From the NCBI GenBank assembly GCA_964426185.1, contig CAYRPF010000008.1, positions 1 to 25,550 on the forward strand: 25,550 nucleotides of DNA. Direction: 5' to 3'. A program made the translations under genes and the position numbers. Positions 8,336-15,573 of this stretch are shown piece after piece. The notes beneath the pieces are model-generated. The model was not told where the DNA came from. It saw nothing but the letters and a program-made list of their open reading frames with translations, and made no database searches. This DNA is from an uncultured archaeon. GTDB lineage: Archaea > Asgardarchaeota > Lokiarchaeia > Sigyniarchaeales > Promethearchaeaceae. The stretch's first letter is position 1. Each line of letters begins with the position of its first letter.

Positions 8336-9358
8336 TTATTTTTGAGAATTTAGCTTGCACATTAAATAAATTTCACAAGTTGGAGAACACCATGAAGTGG
8401 AAAAGCAACAGCACCTCTCTATCTCTTGGGTGGTTATTTGGATGTGAGAAGAATTGAACAAGGTCCTGATTTGCCTATCTATTTTAGATTGAATTTCTTT
8501 GAAATTTTCCTTGGTAATTTTCTCATATTCAAGAAATGAATTCTTGTAAATATCTAATAATGGTTTAATTTTAAGAAAACTGGCCCTTGGATTCATAGTC
8601 TTAATTAATTGACAATATCTTTTTAATCGGTGTTCTGCCCTGTCAAATATAAATCTGTGACTTCTCTCCTCAGTTAAAATGGTTTCTCTATTCTTATAAA
8701 TCAAAGGAATAGGGATTTCTTTAATCTTCCAACCAAGCTGCTGTCCCTTAAGAAGCATTTCTATCGGCATCTCATAACCTGTTAGAGTTAAATGTAAATC
8801 CTTAATTGAATCGACTCGGTGAGCTTTCATACCACAGAAACTATCAGTTAACTCTAAACCGAAATGGGATAAAACAGCTGTAATGATGCTGTTTACTAAG
8901 AATCGATCTTTCCAAGGAGAGTGCCAGAATAAGTCCGAAATAGCATAACGAGTCCCTGAAAACAAGTCGGTTGAATAATTTTTATCGTTCTCAGCCCAAA
9001 TCGCCTCGATAAATTTTGAAAGATAATCGCTGGCATGCTGTCCATCCATATCAAAAGTGATAACCCAATCATAACCCTTTTCTTGGCTATATGAAAATCC
9101 AGTGCGTAAGGTAGCACCGTATCCTTTATTTTGTTTCTCGTGAATTACGTATCCTCGGTTGGGATGAATAGAGTGCCATTGTTCTAAAATTTGTTGACAA
9201 TTATCCTCTGAACCATCATCGATAATGAGAAGATCAATAGGCTGGCGATATTTAGTTCTTAAACTGTCTTGAACCCGAGACAATCTTTCCAAATTTTCTA
9301 ATATCACATTTCCTTCATTGTAGCATGGAATTATGATAAGTATTCTCAATTGAGTCAT
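8336..9358 (-). CDS. Glycosyltransferase family 2 (DPM1/polyprenol-phosphate GT-like) with Cys-rich C-terminus
   Basis: IIPCYNE, IDDGSED, NKGYGA, TFDMDGQH (DxD), GTRY, TDSFCGMKA, EIPI; no obvious TM helix; tail CCCFSTSWCSPTCEIYLMC. Confidence 0.9.
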   Translation of the reverse strand: MTQLRILIIIPCYNEGNVILENLERLSRVQDSLRTKYRQPIDLLIIDDGSEDNCQQILEQWHSIHPNRGYVIHEKQNKGYGATLRTGFSYSQEKGYDWVITFDMDGQHASDYLSKFIEAIWAENDKNYSTDLFSGTRYAISDLFWHSPWKDRFLVNSIITAVLSHFGLELTDSFCGMKAHRVDSIKDLHLTLTGYEMPIEMLLKGQQLGWKIKEIPIPLIYKNRETILTEERSHRFIFDRAEHRLKRYCQLIKTMNPRASFLKIKPLLDIYKNSFLEYEKITKENFKEIQSKIDRQIRTLFNSSHIQITTQEIERCCCFSTSWCSPTCEIYLMCKLNSQK

Positions 9359-9827
9359 ATGGCACCCCTTTTTATAAGATAAATCTACGCTACTAGGTAG
9401 ATCTTCTTTTTATTTTCCATTTGTTAATCTTTCTATTCACGCTATTAACGATATTTTATATCAGTTCATTCATAAAACTATCTATTATTGCGAATATTAA
9501 TTTCCTAAAAAAGGTAAATTATCGCAAAGTGCCACATACTTTTCGCTTAGAAATTATTATGTTTTTTATTATAACTAAAGAAAAAATACACTCCTTAAAT
9601 CTTCATTACATCTTCAGAGGGGAATATTCTGTATTCTTTTCAAATCGACCCACCAGGAGAAATATTTTCCCGAGTCAATTCTTCGTAAATAAATGATATA
9701 ATGTAGGATTTTGGTGTGAAATAATTTTTATCCCAAAAATATTAATATCCAATTTAGGATTCTTATAATAAACCTTTTCATTATACTGGTTGTATAGGAA
9801 TATTTTGGATATCGGGAGATCTAAGTT

Positions 9828-11789
9828 TTGCCACATTTAAGGATGGAATTTATCAAATTGGCTTCTCAGTTAAAAAACGATGAAAAATATAAAGAAGCCA
9901 TCGAATATTTGAACAACATTGGTAGAATTCCCGATCTACCCTATCCCACCCAAATTCGATTTTTTCAATTGCAAGGAGAATTGTATTATCACTTAAATGA
10001 TTATTCTAAAGCCCTAAATGCAGTCGAAGATATTTTTCGACTTTATTTAATCACTAATGATGAATTTGCCCGGTTAGAAGGCATCATTCTCAAAGCTAAA
10101 ATTCTGCTAGATTTAGGGAAATATGAAGAATGTAGAAATACTTTGATGATGAGTGAAGAAATCCTCAATATTCTCAAAGTCATTCCAGAGCAAGATATGG
10201 GGAAAAAAAAACAAGAAATCGCACATTTATGGGCAATTTATTTTTGGGAAATAGGGGTATACTCTAAACTTTTCGAATACGCAAAGCAAAATTTAGTGTT
10301 AAGCCAAAAATACGGTGATACTCATACAATTTCCCGATCTTATTTGATTATGGGTCTGGGTTATGGGGAAAATGGTCATCTAGATCAAGCTATTGTGCAT
10401 TACCAAAAATGCGTTGATCTTGCTCGCCATTTAAACGAACCCCAAAAATCTCGTGTTCTCAGTGCAGCATATAATAATATTGGAGAAAATTACCGATTAA
10501 AGGGTGAACTTGATCGGAGCCTGGTATATTATCAAAAATCCTTTGCTCTTGATAAAAAAACTAATGCATTGGCTTCACAAGCTACCGTTTTGCATAATCT
10601 CGGTCTGGTATACGCTGAAAAGGGAGAGAAAGAAGAAAGTTTGAAATCATTTCTGAAAGCTTTGAAAATTGAACAAGATTTGGAAAATCGCTTCGAAATG
10701 GTAAGAACGTTCTTTGATATTCTGGTAAATCATCATAACTTCCTATCTGAAGCTGAAAAGGAAAGATATCTGCAAGAAATCAAAAAAATTCGAGATAATG
10801 AAAATTACCGCAGTCCTGCTATTGAATTTCGCTATTTGATTGCGCGAGCTTTGGTTATGAAAAGTTCTGGAATTCAGCGTCAAATCATCAAAGCTGAAGA
10901 AATTTTAAGTCAACTTGTCGATAATCCAGCTTTGGGCAATGAACTTCTAATTCTAGCTTTACTCCATCTTTGCGAGATTCTCTTCCAAGAACTACAACTT
11001 AGCTCTGATGCTAGTTTGTTGGCTGAGATCTCTAAAATTATTGATAAATTGCATCAAGTGGCAGAAAAAGAACACTCTTTTTCATTACTTGCTGAAACTT
11101 CTCTTTTTAAAGCCAAATTAAAACTTTTAAATTTGAAATTGATGCAAGCACAAACTCTATTCACTCAAGCTCAACAATTGGCTCTTTCCTACAATCTGAC
11201 ACGGGTGGCAAAGCAAATTTCTCTCGAACACGATAAATTACTCCAAAACCTTGAAATTTGGAAACAAGTTGCTGGCGATCAAGCACCTCTTTCTCAAAGA
11301 TTGCAACTAATTTCATTAAAAGAAGATTTAGAAGTAATGCTACGAAAGCGTCCGCTTGATTTAGCGAGTTTTGAGATTGAAACCCCACTGCTTCTTTCAA
11401 TTATAACCGAAGCTGGTTCACCCCTATTTTCTTATTATTTTTCTGAGAAATGGCAGAATTCTTCTCTATTTTCTTCATTTTTAACCGCTTTCAACACTTT
11501 TAGTCGGGAATTTTTTGATAACACCATTGATAGGGTTAAAATCGGTAAGAACACTATTCTTATGAAACCCTTTCAAAATCTTTTTATCTGCTACGTTATT
11601 AAGGGTCCTACCTACCCTGCTCAAGAAAAATTGACACTATTTATTGAGCATATTCGAAATTCAGCCAGTATCCAGCGAATTTTCGCCGATGCTTTAAAAA
11701 GAAATATAGTGCTGAGTATTAATGAAATTCCAATTTTGAAGGGGATTATTGAATCCGATTTCTTGAAGAAGCCAATTGTATTAACTTAA
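9828..11789 (+). CDS. Tetratricopeptide-repeat protein with C-terminal longin-like domain
   Basis: TPR units (AYNNIGENYRLKGELDRSLVYYQKS; VLHNLGLVYAEKGEKEESLKSFLKAL); C-terminal ETPLLLSIITEAGSPLFSYYF...FSSFLTAFNTFSREFF resembles a longin fold. Start is TTG 9828 or ATG 9843. Confidence 0.82.
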   Translation: MPHLRMEFIKLASQLKNDEKYKEAIEYLNNIGRIPDLPYPTQIRFFQLQGELYYHLNDYSKALNAVEDIFRLYLITNDEFARLEGIILKAKILLDLGKYEECRNTLMMSEEILNILKVIPEQDMGKKKQEIAHLWAIYFWEIGVYSKLFEYAKQNLVLSQKYGDTHTISRSYLIMGLGYGENGHLDQAIVHYQKCVDLARHLNEPQKSRVLSAAYNNIGENYRLKGELDRSLVYYQKSFALDKKTNALASQATVLHNLGLVYAEKGEKEESLKSFLKALKIEQDLENRFEMVRTFFDILVNHHNFLSEAEKERYLQEIKKIRDNENYRSPAIEFRYLIARALVMKSSGIQRQIIKAEEILSQLVDNPALGNELLILALLHLCEILFQELQLSSDASLLAEISKIIDKLHQVAEKEHSFSLLAETSLFKAKLKLLNLKLMQAQTLFTQAQQLALSYNLTRVAKQISLEHDKLLQNLEIWKQVAGDQAPLSQRLQLISLKEDLEVMLRKRPLDLASFEIETPLLLSIITEAGSPLFSYYFSEKWQNSSLFSSFLTAFNTFSREFFDNTIDRVKIGKNTILMKPFQNLFICYVIKGPTYPAQEKLTLFIEHIRNSASIQRIFADALKRNIVLSINEIPILKGIIESDFLKKPIVLT

Positions 11790-11884
11790 AATTTAAGCTT
11801 AACTTTTTTTTCCTTCTTTTCCCATACTTGATTTGCATCCCAAATTTCATCCCTCGTTGCCCAATCTCCAATAATATGTCTCAT
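11786..11884 (-). CDS. Possible 32-aa small protein MRHIIGDWATRDEIWDANQVWEKKEKKVKLKF
   Basis: Translated by hand (below the ORF-track cutoff); ATG at 11884-11882, TAA at 11788-11786 overlapping the stop of the convergent TPR gene. Confidence 0.3.
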   Translation of the reverse strand: MRHIIGDWATRDEIWDANQVWEKKEKKVKLKF

Positions 11885-11902
11885 TATGCCATACTCAACA
11901 AA

Positions 11903-11940
11903 GTACTATCACACCATAAGTCATGGTGCGATAGCACCAT
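11903..11940 (-). other. Nested inverted repeats / two alternative hairpins
   Basis: Minus strand GTGCTATCGCACCAT-GACTT-ATGGTGTGATAGTAC forms 15 bp with two G.U pairs (11903-11937); the overlapping perfect 7-bp IR ATGGTGC-GATA-GCACCAT lies at 11923-11940. Confidence 0.6.
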
Positions 11941-12055
11941 CACGTTAAACCGTTAATCCCACCCTCAACAATTTGGTTCGATCAATTTCCTTTAACCCAA
12001 ATCAAAAACTTTTTTTATACTGGATAATTTCTTTACATAGTTCCAAATTTTGCAT

Positions 12056-12160
12056 AGCCTTGTAGTGTAGTGGCCAAACTGAAGATGCTTTCTGTATCTT
12101 CTGGGCGACGCATCGCGGGCCTTGACCCCGCTGACCGAGGTTCGAATCCTCGCAAGGCTA
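12056..12160 (+). tRNA. trnQ: tRNA-Gln(UUG) with a ~32-nt intron at position 21/22 (about 12078-12109)
   Basis: Acceptor stem AGCCTTG/CAAGGCT + A73 (A1-U72, archaeal Gln identity); D-arm GTGT-AGTGGCCAA^GCAT; anticodon arm GCGGG-CCTTGAC-CCCGC; T-arm CGAGG-TTCGAAT-CCTCG. Spliced length 73 nt; CCA not encoded. Confidence 0.92.
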
Positions 12161-12329
12161 TTGTTTCTTCAAATATTTTTTCTATTTTGGATTTTTTACT
12201 CGATTTAAGTTGAAATTTGCCTGCTTTAAATTGAATCGTTAAAGAAAAAAAAAACAACTTAAATTATAAGGTTTTTAGCAATTATCCTATATTTATTAGT
12301 TAATGAACTATTTCTGAGAAATTAAAACA

Positions 12330-12851
12330 ATGAACTCTCAAAAAAGAAAAGATCTTAACTGGAAAATACTATTATCTCATCATCCTTCTTGTCCCGCTTA
12401 CGAAAATCATACTTTCAAATTGTTTGGTTTGGAATGGTGCATCGGTTGCTTTATTGGTTTTCCTTCTTTGGCAATGGGCATAATTCTGAGTCATATGTGG
12501 ATACATCGAAATTATCACACAGAGATCATCGTTTTGAACTTAATCTTTGGAATTATGTTATTTCTATTTCAAATGCTGAGTTTATTTGAAATTTCCGAGA
12601 AAAAAGGAGTTAAAATGCTGCAGAAAGGTGCAATAGGAACGGGTTCAGGCTTAATCTTGGTTAGTACTTATTATTTGCTTCCATTTCAAATAATTTTCCG
12701 TATAATTATCCTAACTATTTTATTAATTATGGGGGATTTGCCCATAAAGTATCTTCACCTTCAAAAATCCAAAAAAATATGCAATAATTGTCCGAACAAA
12801 TGGGATAAAGAAAAATGTCCGACGGATTATAGTTTTGCGGACGGTGGTTAA
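12330..12851 (+). CDS. Small multi-pass membrane protein with HHPxC...CxxC motif (DUF2085-like)
   Basis: LSHHPSC...HTFKLFGLEWCIGC followed by about four hydrophobic helices and a C-terminal CNNC...C. Confidence 0.65.
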   Translation: MNSQKRKDLNWKILLSHHPSCPAYENHTFKLFGLEWCIGCFIGFPSLAMGIILSHMWIHRNYHTEIIVLNLIFGIMLFLFQMLSLFEISEKKGVKMLQKGAIGTGSGLILVSTYYLLPFQIIFRIIILTILLIMGDLPIKYLHLQKSKKICNNCPNKWDKEKCPTDYSFADGG

Positions 12852-12917
12852 AAAATATCATTTAAATTAAGAAATTAAATCAAAAAATTAAATTTAAATT
12901 AAAAGCGCAGAATTATC

Positions 12918-13502
12918 TCAACCGCGGGCACGTTCTAATATCATCATCATCATAATTCCGAGCAAAACTTGCAGTTCTTCTCGTTCATTTAATTCGGCAA
13001 GCTTTTCAACTTTAAATTTGCTTTCGAACATAGAGGGTGTTTTCTTCGCGCACATTAAAGGAGTTTCATCGGCTCTTTTTACAGTATATGAAGGATTAAA
13101 TACCAACCCTGAACAGCAACCAATTAAAGGAATTCCACTGAATACTCCATCTAAAAAGCGAACCATGACGCTATCTTCCGTTAATGTTAATTCTTGCCCG
13201 CCATCTGTGGTGATGATATAATGGGCCCGCCATAGTGATCGCGCTCCTTTTCGTTTTATTGAACCAAATTCTATGTTGTTTGGATCTAAAAAGCTATAAT
13301 TAGCTGAGAAGTCCAAAATTCTATCGGCCTTAATGCTGAACAGTAAATTTGTTTGATCTTTACTGCTATATACTTTAATATCTTCTTTTAATTTGAACAA
13401 TTTCTGCTTTATATACCAGATAATGTTCCCATTTGCATCAACTACGGTAAATTTCGCCGTTAATGCAATTTTCTTAAAGTTTATAAAAAGTGGATATTGC
13501 AT
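12918..13502 (-). CDS. LURP-one/Tubby-C/scramblase-like protein
   Basis: FTVVDANGNIIWYIKQKLFKLKEDIKVY and FGSIKRKGARSLWRAHY beta-rich pattern with a terminal hydrophobic helix (LQVLLGIMMMMILE). Confidence 0.72.
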   Translation of the reverse strand: MQYPLFINFKKIALTAKFTVVDANGNIIWYIKQKLFKLKEDIKVYSSKDQTNLLFSIKADRILDFSANYSFLDPNNIEFGSIKRKGARSLWRAHYIITTDGGQELTLTEDSVMVRFLDGVFSGIPLIGCCSGLVFNPSYTVKRADETPLMCAKKTPSMFESKFKVEKLAELNEREELQVLLGIMMMMILERARG

Positions 13503-13643
13503 TTTTTTTCATCAATTATTATTTATATTCAATAGTTCCAGTACGGAACGGTCAATAATCCGCCAATATTTTTATTCCATACCAGTTATTAACCATTAAC
13601 CTATCATCCTAAAAAGCTTGTCTTTAAATTTATCTCTTTAAAT

Positions 13644-14744
13644 TTATGTTCTTTTTTTACTTTTTCTTTCTCTTAAGTTAGGAATCCACATTATTCCCTC
13701 AAGAATGAAGAAGAAAGCATAATACCAACCGATCCAAGCCAGAATTGATCCAAATGAAGGAACGGGCCAAAAAAGCGGGGTTGTAACTTCTCCCAGAGCG
13801 ATAAATGGTGCAAAAAATGTGCTCCAAAAAGTTTTAACCGTCTGATGTTCAATTGGATAACCAGATCCGGAAGAATTAAAGAAAATACCCGTTGCTTGTT
13901 TCTGTAATTGATGGAAAATTTCTTCTTCTGTGAATTTAGTTACATTTAGAAGAGTTGCCCCGAAAACTTCTCCAGGTTGATGCATATCGGTACCAGTGAT
14001 TTGCCCCAAATCATTTTCAATCGCAAATTCCATCGAGATCTCATCATATACGTCTTCATTTATAACTTCCAAATAATCTACACCCCAAGCCAGTAGTTCA
14101 GCCCTGGATGGTTGATTTTTGCAGTGTGTCTCGCTCCACGGATAATGATTTACCACAACCAAGCCACCTAATTCGTGAGTATCATGAATAATGGCTTGAA
14201 TTTCCGTATCGGTAACACTCCAACCTGGCGGTGTTAAATGTTCGTAATTTGTAGCATTTGGCGGTAAAATTAAATTCATATGAATACGGCGGGTAGTCCA
14301 TTCTGTTCCGATTAATACCTTAATTGAATCATTAAATTGGGTTCGTGCTATGTTTCGGATTTCCTCAATTCCCTTAAAAGTATTATGATCGGTTAAAACC
14401 ATGGCATTAAATCCCATAGAAAGATGCCACAGCAGATTTTGTTCAGGCGTTAGACTGCCATCACTATATCTGGTGTGAGAATGGCCGTCTAGTACAACAT
14501 TCCACTGGGTTTGATTATATTTAGGGTGATAAATACTGGTATACGGTTTTCCCGAATTTTCGTCTTTCCAATCTTCAGTTAGATAAACGGGTGATAACCC
14601 TCCACCTAAGTTATACAAGAGGCAAGAAATTGCAATTATGATGAAAAACAATAAAAAGCTGATACCCAACCTTTTATAGAGGGTGGTATTCTTCCAAAAT
14701 TTTCGGGTTGTTCGGGGAACAGATTGATTTGAAGAGGAATTCAA
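13644..14744 (-). CDS. Membrane-anchored PHP-family metallohydrolase
   Basis: DGHSHTRYSDG, LTDHN, GTEW, NHYPW, GTDMH; N-terminal and C-terminal TM segments; AGGTGA Shine-Dalgarno just upstream of the TTG start. Confidence 0.85.
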   Translation of the reverse strand: MNSSSNQSVPRTTRKFWKNTTLYKRLGISFLLFFIIIAISCLLYNLGGGLSPVYLTEDWKDENSGKPYTSIYHPKYNQTQWNVVLDGHSHTRYSDGSLTPEQNLLWHLSMGFNAMVLTDHNTFKGIEEIRNIARTQFNDSIKVLIGTEWTTRRIHMNLILPPNATNYEHLTPPGWSVTDTEIQAIIHDTHELGGLVVVNHYPWSETHCKNQPSRAELLAWGVDYLEVINEDVYDEISMEFAIENDLGQITGTDMHQPGEVFGATLLNVTKFTEEEIFHQLQKQATGIFFNSSGSGYPIEHQTVKTFWSTFFAPFIALGEVTTPLFWPVPSFGSILAWIGWYYAFFFILEGIMWIPNLRERKSKKRT

Positions 14745-14772
14745 AAGGTATCACCTAATTTTAAGTAAATTA

Positions 14773-15408
14773 TCATTTAATCGTGGGTGGAGTGGGAAAT
14801 TTTACAGAATTTTGCCATTTTTCTTGAAATTGCTTGTCTTCATTCGAATTTCGAACGGCATCAGGCAATAACTGGGGTATGGCTTCAAAAACAGGATACC
14901 AACGATGGCATTGCGGACAGATAATTATAGCATCTTCAATTTCCATGTGATATTTAAATAGATTCAACAACTCTAAATCGGGAAGAATGGCGGAAATTAT
15001 CTCTTTTGGGGAATTACCAGAGTCTAGATCTTTCATTGCAGCGGATAAATGCTCATTCACTTCAGTGCGTATCATATTTAAGATGTTTTCACCTTCGTCA
15101 CATGAAACATCATGAACAACTGCCAGTTCTGAAATTTTTGACTGTAATTCGTTCAGATATTCGGTGAGAGGTGTTGGTTTAATTATTAGATCATCATGAA
15201 TAAGCCATTTTCCTGATGTTTCGTCATGCTCAAAGTGAACTGGGCTGGACATCTCTTTGAAAAGAACATTTCCTTGTGGATAACCTTCGATCAGTTTCTT
15301 CAATTGCGCCAACGCTTTTTTCGGTTCATGCCAGCTTAAAATTGTGAGTTCCAGAGGGTATTTCTTATCAATTGGGCATGCTAACAGTTCTAATAACCAG
15401 AGTTTCAT
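14773..15408 (-). CDS. trm112: Trm112-family methyltransferase activator with a long central insertion
   Basis: N-terminal MKLWLLELLACPIDKKYPLEL and C-terminal EIEDAIIICPQCHRWYPVFEAIPQLLPD are the two halves of the Trm112 Zn-binding domain. Confidence 0.88.
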   Translation of the reverse strand: MKLWLLELLACPIDKKYPLELTILSWHEPKKALAQLKKLIEGYPQGNVLFKEMSSPVHFEHDETSGKWLIHDDLIIKPTPLTEYLNELQSKISELAVVHDVSCDEGENILNMIRTEVNEHLSAAMKDLDSGNSPKEIISAILPDLELLNLFKYHMEIEDAIIICPQCHRWYPVFEAIPQLLPDAVRNSNEDKQFQEKWQNSVKFPTPPTIK

Positions 15409-15415
15409 AATTTCA

Positions 15416-15451
15416 TTTTATAAAAGGTAACCATTTTTATAAAAGGTAACC
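15416..15451. repeat. 17-bp direct repeat TTTTATAAAAGGTAACC x2 containing a TATA-like palindrome, upstream of trm112
   Basis: Copies at 15416-15432 and 15435-15451. Confidence 0.75.
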
Positions 15452-15573
15452 GTTTAAAGTGCTTATTTACCTAAAGAAGAAGAAAAAGATAGAAGAAGGC
15501 AGAAGAAGGTATAATAAGATAGAACAAAAAAATAAAAAAGGTAATGAAAACGTAATTGAAAATTAAAGCTGTT

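Noticed and set aside
9421-9696. 91-aa plus-strand ORF in the GT2/TPR spacer
   Set aside because: TTG start and F/I/K-rich composition typical of AT-rich intergenic DNA; no motifs.
11840-11945. Box C/D sRNA or SECIS reading of the hairpin region
   Set aside because: Only partial box C-like words (GTGATGG, GGATGA), with no CTGA box D and no convincing SECIS core.
12033-12257. 74-aa minus-strand ORF
   Set aside because: It is the antisense shadow of the tRNA-Gln gene (GFEPR is the reverse of the T-loop).
11790-12260. Integrated element or att site at the tRNA
   Set aside because: No integrase and no duplicated tRNA end seen in the window.
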